Shown here: positions 1-12,614 of the stretch, piece by piece
Layout of the letters: every line of letters starts with the position of its first letter
Position numbering within the stretch: position 1 is the first letter of the stretch
Assembly: GCA_051941275.1 (NCBI GenBank)
Contig: JAVEBF010000018.1
Span: forward strand, 1 to 52,984
DNA: 52,984 nt
Source: Dirinaria sp. TL-2023a
Taxonomy: Eukaryota
Direction: 5' to 3'
Made by a program: the position numbers and the translations under genes
Notes under the pieces: model-generated
The model's database searches: none
What the model saw: the letters and a program-made list of their open reading frames with translations, nothing else
Told to the model about the DNA's origin: nothing

Positions 1-116
1 GTTGCAGTATTTGCAAAGCAGAACACAAATCAGAGATTGTGACCTTAATCTATTCTACTATAATTGTTCTTCCCTTTTTCTCCGCTCCATCAGCGTTCGT
101 GCACGACGTGGTGGTT

Positions 117-1755
117 TCACTCGAGTAACTGACTAGTGAAAATCCCTGACGGGTCCCAATGCTGTTTAAGACCTCGCAACTTCTCCAGCCGTGCTTTCCC
201 ACGGTACCGCATTTCGATAGGCCCAGTCCTGGTCCCATTGGGAAAATCTACACCATAAGACGGGTCAGAACCACGCATAATGACGATAACACGGTCGTTA
301 TACGCGTCCACCTTTTCACGGTTCGCAGGGTCCGTATACGAGATTAGATTGTTCCTTCGTGCATACGAGTGTCAGCGCAAAGCTGTATTTTCCGCGAACT
401 CAAGTCTCAGCTCCTGAATGACGGAAACAGAATTACTTACTGCCAGAACCGGATGTCGTGTAAAGACAGTGCGGAATCAAAATCTGGAGCTTTGGCGAAA
501 CGAGAGTCCCATTGGAAGTAGAAACCGGTGTCAATTGCATCAGGGCACTCGGCGATAAGACTGTTCCAGACTTTAATCGTTTCAAGGAACGCACCGACGT
601 CGAATTGTCGAAGACCGACAATACCAAATCGCTTATATCCGCCCTTGCCTCCGATGGCCTCACGCCCGTCGCTCACATTCTGGATCGGGACCTCGCCCCC
701 CTTGGCTACCAGTGGCTTGAGATCGTATAATGGCTTGTACGCCACTTCTGCATCGGCAGGGTTGCCATTATACCTTGCCGCGATCACCAGACAGGGATTA
801 CGGTGTGGCGGGGGTGCCAACGTCATTATTAAGCCAGCTGTGGCATAGCTGCTGTTGTCCATCAGCGACTTCATCACAAGGGCGACCTCCTTGGCGCGCG
901 CTTGAGGAAAGACGAAGCTGCCTGCCCATATGACTCCCCTATCGTTTCCTAATTCTGTCAGAGGGTACGCCTTAACGACCAGCTGCGTGACCAGGCCAAA
1001 GAATTGACCCGCTCCGCGAATTGCCCAAAGTAGATCAGGGTGTGATTGCTGATTTACATCCAGAAGTTCCCCGTTCGCGGCGACTACACGGGCGGAAACG
1101 ATTTGATCTGAGCCGTAGCCGGTTATCGAATTGACGATGGAGGCACCTCCGCCCAGAAAGTACGGTATTGCTCCCACAGTATTTCCATTGCCCAAAGCTG
1201 GATTCCAAAAAGTCAGATGAACTTAAATTTGACGGCGCGTATGCTGGTGAGCGGGCACCTATGGGCCACCTAGGATAAATTAACGTTGCATTGAGCTTAC
1301 CTGTGAATAAACCCGCATCCGCCAGGGCGACAGCGACTGGCTTCGCTAAAATGCTGCCTTTGAGTGTTGCAGTCTGTGCGTCTTTGTTCGCCTCGACCCC
1401 TGAGTACAAACTCAGGTCGATAATGAAGCCGCGGCTGTCAATAGTCGACCATTCGCTGTGACCTCCACTTCGAGTCACGAAAGGAACTGACTCCTGCACA
1501 GCCCATTGAACCTGTTCCGCAATCAGTTCAATTACTTCCACTAGTCAGGGAATTCTTTACTGTCTTTATGATATCATCTTCAGTAGTTGGGAGTACGATG
1601 GCTGCCGGGGTCTGCCTGTCGATGTCCGACCATCGTTTTGCGTATCCCCGAAATTTTTCGCTAGTGCTATCAGTCAGGACCTGGCAAGAGGAATTGACTA
1701 TTGCCTGAAGCTCGGAAATTCTTGCAATTATCGCCATATTTGGATTCAGCGTCAT
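117..1755 (-). CDS. FAD-linked oxidoreductase, berberine-bridge-enzyme/VAO-like (~466 aa, 4 exons)
   Basis: Exons 1755-1561, 1511-1301, 1197-441 and 354-117 join through GT..AG introns into one open frame (1401 nt). Motifs: 'PAAIVLPTTEDDI', FAD-attachment motif 'RSGGHS', 'DLLWAIRGAGQFFGLVT', and BBE-type C-terminus 'RLEKLRGLKQHWDPSGIF'. An alternative start is possible at 1737. Confidence 0.9.
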
Positions 1756-2725
1756 AATCTTGGGGTCTTTGCATGGGTTGATCTAATCGTGAGTTGAGAA
1801 AGAGTTGATCAAGGATAATTGCACCAACGGGCCTCGGGATTCGGGTTTTCCACACGAGCTGATGCCCCGTAAGCAGAACAGTGCGCTGACTCGCCGAACA
1901 AATCAGACATTTTGTTTTCCATGGCGGGAGGATTTATCAGCTGGCGGCACGGCATGTATTACTCCCTCTTGTGCTGACATAAGACAAGCGATGATGAAAA
2001 GCGTGCTCCTGATTGACGGAGAAAGATAACAAAGATCCACTGCTCAGGATCTGCGCAATTTTTTGGTTGTCTTGGCTGATGTTTTGTCGCACATGAAAAT
2101 ACACCAACCAACTCCGCTCAAATCTCTCCTGAGATGAAATCCGTAACAAGCGGAACAAGAAGCGCCTTCAAAGAAAATCTTTCTGTGTCAGATCGCCATT
2201 TCATGCTGTGGCATGGGTGGGAAATGCCATCTTCAATGCTGTAAAATGGGTGTACCCTAATGGCGATTTTCTTCCAAAGTGGTTTGACGTCCTCCCTGTA
2301 AAAGGTCTTTGCTAGCAATTTCGAATAGGACCAGTATATTAAATACACGCCCGTAGGTCGAAAAATCATCGAAAACATCTTTTACGGTAAGTAGCAAATC
2401 GAAGACGGTGGAGACGTGGAAGTAACTTCGGCCATCCCAACAGTGTGCTCTTTTAACCTGCCAGATAGGTGTGCATGGTGCAATACCCGAAGAGGATCGT
2501 CAATTGCGTTTTCTGTTGTAGCCTTGGCATAGCTCGTCTGCAATTTTCATAACGCATTCACTCGGGTAGGTACCTTTGGCCGGCTGATCCTACGTTACAG
2601 TCTTGGTTATGTAAAATGAATTTTTACCTCACTTTACCTTCCTTACCTGGTAGTCTAGCTACATTGTCGACTTTTCTCTCTCTTACATATATCCCCGCGA
2701 AACAATCACTGTTGACCCAGGCACT

Positions 2726-3901
2726 ATGGCACCGCATCTCATCTTCGGGACTGCCTCGTTCGGCTTCCACTCGACCGAATTTCAGGACCATTCATCAGTG
2801 CTAGTTCTTTTGCAAAATCTTCAAAGCTTAGGCATCCATCATCTCGATTCGGGCGCTCGCTACCCACCGACAAATCCAGGAAGAGCGGAGGACCTTATCG
2901 GCAAGGCGCGAGAATTGAGTGAAAGCTTCACAATTGACACTAAGGTGTATACCGATGTCCGCACCGACGGTAGTGGCGACTTGACTTGCGAAGCAATAGA
3001 GAGGTCGGCGATGGAAAGTTTGCAGCGGCTCAACAGATTAGATGGAGTAGGACCGAGCTTGATGCTATCTTGCGCTTATGAAGAAACGCAACTAACATTG
3101 ACTGTAGGTAAACATTCTCCACGCGCATAGAGCGGACCCTTCTACACCACTGATTGAACAGATCAATGCGTTCAATCAGCAGATCAAGCAAGGTCGCTGT
3201 AAAGCTGTAGGTACCAAAGAGACTCATACCTGCTTGCCATTTGACTAAGAATGGGTTTTTGGCAGTGGGGAGTGTCGAACTTCTCCCCAGAAGTCCTCGA
3301 GAAGATGCTTAGTCTGTGTGAAGAGAATGGTCTACAGAAACCCTGCTGTTATCAAGGCGAGTACAACCTCGTAACGCGCGCCATGGAGACAAAGCTTCTC
3401 CCGATCTTGAGGGCTCATCGCTTGACTTATAACGCTTTCAGGTGAGTAGTTGTTCCATCTAGCTGCATTCGGCCATCGACCGTACATAAGCTAGAAGACT
3501 GAGATAGAAATTGACCTCGACTGCATAGGCCCTTCGCTGTAGGATTCTTGACAGGTAAATTGGTCAACAACGAACACGCGGGCACCCGCTTTGGGGACGA
3601 GCATCCCTTTGGAAAATTGGCGCGAGGGCTCTACAGCGCGGAAGACCTGCATACCGCGATGAAGAAATTCGACAACGAGATTAAGCTCCACGGCCTGACA
3701 TCGGTTGAGGTCGCGATCCGCTGGCTCGCGTACCATTCGGTATTAGAAGCAGAAGACGGGATTGTCCTCGGTGCCAGTAAAGTTAAGCAAATTAGAGAGA
3801 CGGTCGCCATGATCCACAAGGGGCCTTTGCCGGAAGAAGTCGTAAATTCGGCCGAAAGCCTTTGGATTGCGGTCAAGGGAAGTCGGGGCGATATCATCTG
3901 A
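2726..3901 (+). CDS. Aldo-keto reductase, aflatoxin-aldehyde-reductase (AKR7)-like (~322 aa, 4 exons)
   Basis: Exons 2726-3046, 3108-3206, 3266-3441 and 3529-3901 stay in frame. Catalytic tetrad motifs LDSGARY, IDTKV and LHAHRAD are present, as are 'WGVSNF' and 'YQGEYN'. Divergent from the FAD oxidoreductase gene. Confidence 0.9.
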
Positions 3902-4141
3902 TTTAGATGCTGGCAGTTTATTATTGACTCAAGAAAAGTTTACGTAAACGAAAGATGACACTATTGAGGTTTTTCCGTAGTAAATAAGAATGCGTTTCTC
4001 CGGCCGTCCGAAATTTCTCTTGAACAAATGACAAACTTGCCAGACAGTAAATAGGCATGATGAAATGATAAGAAGCCCAGGCCACAGTGGCTGTTACAAG
4101 GCATCTTTGCGTGTTAGAAACCTTCGTTTTCTTTCGCCCTC

Positions 4142-4816
4142 TCAACTCTGCAATCTTAGCTGACCAGTACCAATCGAACGCGATCCAAGGTACCTGATTT
4201 CGAACGAGAATGCAAATGTATCAAATGTCGACACGAAGTCCAACACCCCTTCTATGGCCGTCAACAAATTGAACCATGTCAGTCTGTCAGAAGGGGTCAC
4301 TTCTAGAACCACATCTCTCTGCTTCCAGGACTTTATTATCGTCCCCACCGGCGCTAGCGGCCCGTATAACATGATTCCCTCGCCAGCAGAGAACCGCGCC
4401 TCAACCACTGTCGCAAAAACAGCGCTGCGCCTCATCACTACGCCATACTTATCGAAAATAACGGTAATGGTGCTTCCTGGGATGGCCAAGGGGTATGGAC
4501 TTTCCGGACGTTCCCCTAAGGAGCTACCATTGAGCTGCGGTTTCGCTGCGGCACTATCACCCTCGTCAGATGCTTGTGCTGCTCGCAAAGGAGCCTCATT
4601 CGAAAAAATAAATTCAATGCCGGGAAGCTTGACGCCCTTTAAACATCTCATTTTGAGACCAACGACCGACATCTCGAAAAGAAAAGGTACCTACGTTCTA
4701 TTTGTAGATTGGACGGGTGAAGTCAAATCTGTAGGGACTACTAGTGAGAAAGGCTTGGGAACAGTTGCTGCGTTGACAATCCCCAACAAAAGAACAATAG
4801 TCCGAACAGGCCACAT
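4142..4816 (-). CDS. Small secreted protein of unknown function (~177 aa, 2 exons)
   Basis: Exon 1 (4816-4695) encodes the signal peptide-like MWPVRTIVLLLGIVNAA and ends at donor GTAGGT. Branch CTGAC and acceptor TAG at 4556-4554 lead into exon 2 (4553-4142) in frame, ending 'LTWFNLLTAIEGV...FSFEIRYLGSRSIGTGQLRLQS'. Confidence 0.7.
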
Positions 4817-5778
4817 GATGTTCCCATTTCTCACTCCGCTGACTTAAGATGACGAGGGCGAGGATCGGGGAGGGAAGTGGGATGGTACTTACTGTGCGTG
4901 GGGATCGCAAAAGCCTACATGCGACTTGCGCCGTGCCAAATGATCTCGCTAATTGATTACTCCGAGAGTCCGAGACGCAACCGCACCGCACTTATCACCC
5001 ACTACCGTGTTCCCAAGCAGATCTGTCCTGTTCAACACGTTTCAATGATTCCATAATCAGGAAATTTTTGTTGATGATCAATGCTGAGCTTGATCTGGCT
5101 GCAACAACCCACGTGTCTGCATCGCTCAACGCTCCGGCTGCGACATAGTGGCATAAGGTAGTATTACGAACAGGATGGCGTAACTTTGGACACTATGGAG
5201 ACGATATTTGTGGGCTATCGCACAGCACGCTCTCTTTGTCATAATCATAAGGGAATGGCGGAGTGCATCACTGTTCTTGGAGTAGCATGCCCTGTAGAAG
5301 AGTTAAGATTACCTTGATGCTGAGGCTACTAATTCGTTAGCCAGCATTGATCATCCACAGTCTCTGTGGTTTTGGGACGCCAAACTTGAGTTAGATGCAA
5401 CACGCAGTGCGCTTGGCTGCAATTGATGCATCGAAACGAATAGTGTTAGCTTTCTGTTACTCAAGAATGCAGAATGGATGGTTCGATACTGGGAAAAGAA
5501 TGGAGATTCTTGCCTACAATTTCATTGGGCGAAAGGAAAAGGTATGAGATCAGGATTTTAGTAATATTCTCATCCTCAGCTTAGGAGCTATAATACCTTA
5601 TCAACCCAGTATGATAATGATACGAACCAGATCTATCACCCGTTTCCTGCCTGAAGTAGGCCCCTGTTGCTGACCTCATGAGCTTTATCCACCCACAACA
5701 CCTCGCTTGATTCGGACGGGATATCCGAATGTAGGAAAATTGGAGCTTTTGGTACGTAGCTGAAAGTTTCCGCAATGA

Positions 5779-7081
5779 CTACACCGCGTTAGCAGCAGCT
5801 ACAAGCTCGTCTCGCTGTTCTTTTGCCCACTCCCTCGCGTTTCTTAGCGCACTAGCCCCGTCCCTGAAGCCATCATAGTCGTTGTCCATTATCCAACCTC
5901 CAACCCTGGTCATGTGGTAGTCGTATTCGCGCGCAGGGTCGCTGGAAGGAGTGCAGTGATGCGCATATATGAAAACACTTGCTGGACTAGTATTATATGT
6001 AGCAGTGAGTGTGTAACAAGCTTCGTTCTTCGATATTTCATGACCAGCATATGATCGAAGCTCTCGCATCGCTCGAGCGCCCAAGGCACCATCATACAAG
6101 GCTTGACGCTTACATACAGCATGGCTTCCGGCCGGCCCTTTCCATTCTCCAAAAAGATTTGGCATGCACGGCGTACCAAATTTAGATGAGGGATTAATGT
6201 ACGAGTCTAGAGCGTCCAGAACCTTGTTATTCACCTCAGAAGGGCGGATACCGTCATAGAAGTCCGGCTGAGCTTTCTTAATCGTGCCATCGGTTAAATC
6301 TTCGAGGTTCTGGAAGCTAACGTTGAATTGTGTCTCAAATTCCGCGCTACCAGCAATGACTGGAAAAGTTTTGACCGTAGCCGTATTCTCGTTAGGCACT
6401 TCCCAATTGATATTTTGAAAACGCGTAAAGTCCTCCTCACAGAATCGTGATGGTGACAGAGATGGCCGTCGTTGTGTCAGTCGACGTTTGATGTCGTCGA
6501 TATTACTAGGCTTTGCTTTGCTTTGCCCTTCAGAAAAGATTCCAAAACGGTTGAGATGTGCTTCGAAGTTTGGGTCGTAGGCGGAAGATTTGTTATTGGA
6601 AGATTTTTCCTGGCGCTTCGAAGATGTGGTCGCTTCTTCTTCAGTTCTGCCGCGTTTCCTCGAGTTTGACCGACCAGAATCCATTGTTGGGCTATATATA
6701 TCTGCTTGTTCGGGCGATACGTACTGATATGTACTTAGCCGAGGTTTTACAGAGAGCGCAGGTTTGACTTACGCCTCTTAAATCGCTCAAGTTTGGCCCA
6801 CCGTGCCTTGCAAAGCGCTTCAGCTGTGTAGGACTAGTATGTGGTCTGCAAGATTGGTCACTGAATGCTTGGGGGGTTTGGGCTGTTGTCCGTCGGTCAA
6901 GTTCACGAAGTGCTCGAGAAGTGAGCCATATCTTGGGAAGATTATTCCAAAAGGAAGCGGGGTCTTTGCGTGGTGGAGGCTGCTCTAGCTTTGGCCTTTT
7001 GTTCGGTCCAGAATATGGCCGGGTATGATCGATGGTAGGCTCTTCTTCATGCTCAAGTTGACGCTTTGGTTGCGAGGGCAT
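5779..7081 (-). CDS. Uncharacterised fungal protein with a PD-(D/E)XK restriction-endonuclease-like core (~417 aa, 2 exons)
   Basis: Exons 7081-6773 and 6723-5779 flank a 49-nt intron (GTAAGT..CAG). The N-terminus has a basic stretch and 'LKRFARHGGPNLSDLRG', a motif I recognise from a fungal uncharacterised family. The core reads 'AQPDFYDG...PNLFGEWKG...KRQALYDG' (PD...ExK...Q pattern). Confidence 0.75.
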
Positions 7082-9067
7082 GAGAGTCTAGAAAGCTTGC
7101 GTTTGAGTTCGTGAGTTCTTCACTATCTCTCTTATAGTTCAGAGATGAATCTCGAGTTCAATGAAATTACAGCTGAGCTACCACAAATCACATAGGTGAA
7201 GGGTAGTATGAATGAACAGAAGAGAGCGCAGGGGAACTTATTCGACTGTCCTCTGATTGAGTACCGATCTCTACTTCTGGTGAATTTTGATATTATTGTC
7301 TTCGCGACGATTTTCGAAATGAGCAGTGTAAAGACCACTCTCGGGAGAGCTCGCTTATCTAAGGTTTGGCGTCTTGGCAAGTGGCGCGTGCTGAAATACC
7401 GCGTGAGCTCGGCGCACATGGAATCTCTTGTTTCCGCCTCGTTGTGGCAATTGCTCGATGACGTTTCCTCCGAGAGTGCTTGCGGAGATGCCGCGGGCTC
7501 AAATCTTCACATAAAAGCATTCGATATCGAAAGTCATTAATGAAGTTCAATAGAAAGCAAAAAAATCGACTACGTTGATCTATTAAGCTCGTGGACCTGA
7601 GAGGCTAAAGAAGTACACAAATAATTGCAGTGAGAGCACTTTGCCCTCGTATGAGTACAGTCCTTTCATCTGGTCAATGTGGACATCAGCGTGTGAGTTC
7701 AATGTCTACTAGACCACAATCATAGCCGATTCACAGCGATAACTCGAGAACCAGCCAGAGCGGCGAGTCAACATTGGCTCAATTGCAGACAAATGATAGA
7801 TTAATGCAGTAGTAATTGCAAATAAGGCCCAAGAGCGCCGCAAAGTAGCTGGACTGTCAGGTCTCCAAAGCTAATTCATAAGAATATCAAGTTACGACTT
7901 GATATTTTGGACGGCCATTAATGAATATGGGAGGAGAATCATTAATTTGAAAGGCTTACGGTAATTCCTCGTCCTTTCTCTTAATATCCTGCCTACTTAC
8001 TATGCAGGACCTGTACAGCGAACAGCGGCGAGACTCAAACGGAAAGACTGAGCTAAACAGCTCTGCTTCTCCTCAATAACAAAAATTTAAGTCACGGCAC
8101 TTGGAGTCTGATATGACCAGTTAGCCTATATTTTGTCAGTGAGATGACGTCCACTGGATTTCGGATCCTTGGCTCGGAATTCGCCTCGATACTTGAGAAA
8201 TGGGAATGCCTATGCCACCACACCATCTTCCTTCCCCACTACATATGACTTAAACTCTAAAACCTCATCACTCAAATTTGTTGCTTTCAATGGTAAGATC
8301 TTTGGAGACTATTTACTAGCGACTTTCGACTGAACGCTCTGGTGACGACATTTGGTCTGATGTATCGCCAAGCCTCATAGTATTTTCATTATAGAGTTCT
8401 TGAGAACTTACAAAGAAATGTTAACCCATCTGATATACAGGCAGGATAAGATTTGAGAGCACTTAACTCATGTTATTAGATTCGACCTCTAAATGATCCA
8501 TTTACTTCCCATTTCAATGACGCTATTGTCGAAACGACAGTTGCGAGAGCGGCCTCAGTTGCCATGAATCGAAGTAGTAGAACGAATGAAAGTTGCAAGA
8601 GGACTATCCCAACCCAACGGCATGCCATGCGGATTAACAATGGGCTGTAAAATGGGTATAGAAAAACACATTGTGGCATGAGCTCCGCCGTAAGTCCAGG
8701 AAGCTTAAAGCTCATGGCACGCTGCGAAAGCCTCCCACTGCCAATCTAGTGTCCATCAAACATGATCTTTTTGTACGGAGTACCTCGGTTTTTGCTAAAC
8801 AGAAATTGATCCTGGAAGGGTGCCTATTAAGCATAGCGTTCGACTGAAACCATGACTTCATTTTACTTTTTAGTGCCGAGGATATTGAGCTTTCGTCGTC
8901 ATATCATGGCTTTAGTTTACATAGAGCATGTGGCTCGCATGACCAGCAACTTCTGCAGACTTCCGGCAATCCATTGTGCGATAAGGCTTGCATATCTCAA
9001 AAGGGCTTTGCTACAATCCCTCATATTCCCTCATGCGTCTTCAAGACACATCTCAGACCTAATATCC

Positions 9068-9075
9068 TATATAAA
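9068..9075 (+). promoter_or_regulatory. Putative TATA box of the ammonia-lyase gene
   Basis: TATATAAA 40 nt upstream of the ATG at 9108. Confidence 0.5.
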
Positions 9076-9107
9076 CCTCAACAAAGGTTCAACTGTTAGA
9101 GACAGTC

Positions 9108-11533
9108 ATGCCGTCAAATGGATGTTCCGATGGCTCAGCCTGCGCCTATGCCGGAGTGGTCTACAAAACTTACAAGGCACTAGAAAGAGTAAGATGCCTC
9201 AAAGAAGTCAAGGTTGACGGGCAGAGTCTTGACATCTCGTCCGTTGTCGCTGTCTCGAGGTAAGATTGCTCCTCGTTGCTTCGATGATAGGGCCTAAATT
9301 GGCGCTTTTCTCCCCAGATACGCCGTCGAACCGAGACTTGACGATGGTGAAGTTCCCAGTGGTCGTATGAATGCTAGCGTAGCTTCGCTCAATAAGCTGA
9401 TTAACACGGGAGATACTCTCTATGGTATGTTGCAAATATTTCATCCACTCCGTCTCCGTTAGTGCGAAAAGCTTTGCGCCAGAAGCGTGTTATCGGCTTC
9501 TTCAGAATTGCTGCAGCTTTATGCCCGAATTAGGATGACCGCCTTTGGTGAAATTGGTACATTGAGCCTTACAATTGTTAGGCGTGAACACAGGCTTTGG
9601 GGGCAGCGCAGATACTCGCACAAGTCAAGCCGAAATCCTACAGTCCGCTTTACTCCAACATCACCAATTCGGACTTCTATTGAGGACGGACAAGGGTGAA
9701 CAGAGCCTATCATCAATCAACGCCCAGTCTTCCCACGCGATGCCATCAGATTGGGTTAAGGGTACCATGGTCGTACGATGCAATTCTGTTGCTCGCGGCC
9801 ACTCGGCTGTCTCGCTCGATGTCATCAAAACAATATTGGCGCTGGTTCGGGAGGAACTAGTGCCTGTGATCCCTCTCAGGGGTAGCATCTCTGCATCTGG
9901 TGATCTTTCGCCACTGTCTTACATTGCGGGTGCTGTCTGTGGCAATCCTGACATCTATGTTCAGAGTCGGACGGGAGCTATATCAGCTAAAGCAGCCCTT
10001 CAACGAATCGGAATTGACCCCAAAGTACTAGGGCCTAAGGAAGGGTTAGGATTGATGAATGGTACAGCTTTGTCCGCCGCTGTCGCAAGCCTTGCGTTGT
10101 ACGAGACGCACCACATTACAATCTTGTCTCAAGTAATTACTGCCATGGCCGTTGAAGCACTGTTGGGTAACGCAGGGAACTATGACGACTTCTTCGCGGA
10201 GACCCGTCCACATAAAGGCCAGTTAGAGTCAGCAAGAACAATTCGCCAATTCGTACAGGGATCGCTGCTTGCTCGAGGCTTAAATCAAGTGGACGATAAA
10301 TCGCGGGACGGCGGTATCCTATACCAAGACAGATACGCGCTGCGAACAGCTTCGCAATGGATTGGACCTCAGCTCGAGGACCTTCTACTTGCTCAAGAGC
10401 AGGTCACTACGGAATTGAATTCCACTACCGACAATCCTCTGGTCGACATCTCAGGAGAAACGGCTCACCATGGAGGAAATTTCCAAGCTGTTTCAATCAC
10501 CTCGGCTATGGAGAAAACGCGTCTGTCACTTCAAATGATTGGCAAACTGCTTTTCGCACAATCTTCAGAGTTGATCAATGCCACGCTGAGCAATGGGCTC
10601 CCGCCCAACTTGGCGGTTGATGAACCGAGCTCATCGTACACGATGAAAGGGGTAGATATCGGCATGGCGTCTTATATGTCTGAATTAGCTTTTCTGGCGA
10701 ACCCCGTCAGTAGCCACGTCCAGTCAGCCGAAATGCACAACCAAGCAGTCAACTCATTGGCCTTTCTCACCACGCGTTTTACATCACAGAGTGTTGATCT
10801 GGTCTCGCTAATGAGTGCCTCGTGTCTGTATATCGTATGCCAGGCATTGGACCTACGTGTGTTGCAGAGTACATTCTTCCAACAGCTCGAACCCGTGCTC
10901 TACACTGTAAATCGGGACGTCTTTGGCAGATACCTTACAGCAGCGGCGTTCGACGAGCTTCACGCTCAGCTCTGGGGTCATGTCCAAGGCACGTGGCTAT
11001 CAACCTCAACCAAGGACACTCGGGATCGCGTTAATTACACTATTGACACTGGCATTGGTATACTCGCCCAGTCTTTGTTCTCTAAACCCGATGTCCCCCT
11101 ATATGAAGCTTCTATTGCTATAAAAGCGTGGAAGCCACGAGCGTGTGCCATTCTAGCCGAAACCTATGCTACTACGCGTTCGTGGTTCCTTGCGGAGCAA
11201 AATACTGCCGATTATCTGGGACTAGCATCCAAGAAGTTGTACATATTCGTTCGGCGAACACTTGGAGTACCGTTTCATAAAGGTCTTGAGGATCATCCAA
11301 CGCCTACAGAGCCCACCTCCGCAGATGGTAGGCAAAAGAAAACAATTGGCTCTTGGATCGGGATCATCTACGAAAGCCTCCGAAACGGCGAGTTGCACAA
11401 GCCACTCATGGGCTGTCTCTTGGACGCCGGTTTAGTAGCAGATGTGAAACCTGCTGACAGAACTGTGGAAGCGATTGACAAGACTATAGTTGACAGACAT
11501 GTAGACAACGTACACGAAGAGTGGCATTGGTAG
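9108..11533 (+). CDS. PAL: Phenylalanine/tyrosine (aromatic amino acid) ammonia-lyase, MIO-dependent (~736 aa, 3 exons)
   Basis: Exons 9108-9259, 9318-9424 and 9582-11533 stay in frame. Motifs: catalytic loop YGVNTGFGG, MIO motif GSISASGDLSPLSY, KEGLGLMNGT, QDRYALRT, NSTTDNP, HGGNFQ and AEMHNQAVNSL. Confidence 0.95.
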
Positions 11534-12614
11534 AAACAAGATGGCCTCGTGGTCTGGATGTGGCCTTTAGTGGCATACCGGGATTTGACCAACTCATGTC
11601 GACCTGACACAGGAGTGTACAGTATTTGCGAATGCTGCACGGGGCCGCCGACAAGATCTCAAACTGGCATGTGGGTTGTATGTGATATACGATGGGAGTC
11701 GATCATAGTAACAGTAATGGACTATCTAAGAGTAAAGAAGTCAGTACAAATCCCTGTCCTCACCGAAGCGAGAAGCCAATCAAGTAAGGAAGTAATGATT
11801 CCACCAGCCCAAGAAATTACTGGTTAGACAGATTTAGCCGAGCACGCGACAGGCGTGCCGTAACTTGTAAGTCAGCACGAGCATTCATGCTGCGAAAGCT
11901 TGGCGCCTAGTTTCTTCGCTTCATTAAGGTACACGCGCAGTATTAGCGCGTCTGAATATGCTATCACCAGGTGGCCATGTTCCCTCTATCCACTCATGAT
12001 CGGCCCAATTGATCAATTGTTGAAGCTTCGAGTATACAGCCAGAAGCACCTAAGTCAATTCATCTGTTTCAGGCCTTTTGCATGCATCGCAAGGCCGAAG
12101 GCTTTGGCCATCCTTGCGATGTAAGGCGTGCTGTGATAGAAGGAAATAACGTGTCAAGCGCTTTTGGAGCTGCTTTCCAAAAGACTTGATGTACTAATTT
12201 TTGATTCCGGAGGATTAAAATGTGTTTTGCAGGGCCGACTCAGTCCCTGAGTGCCGCCATTTTGTCGCCGCTCGCAGCGCTTACAGATTTGATTCGATAG
12301 CCGCACGGACTAGGAGCCAGATCTCTTCCTATCCAAGTCCTGTCCTTGGGGGCTGTTGGTCCGTGAAGCTACCGTTGGAGTACTGTAGGTCGCATCCCGG
12401 ACACTTTTGGTCTTGTAGACGCATGGATCAATGGCAAAGTATTTCTTATCTAGCACAGAGCTCCCAAGCAGCGAGTCGATCATGATTGACGCGTCGGGCT
12501 AAGGTGTCGCATAATTCTCGTTATGTTTAAAAGTTTCGCCCACTTTAACTCTACTCTCCCTCTCATTACTCCGAACCGGCGGTGTTCGTCGTATTCCAAG
12601 GTGTCTTTTTCATT

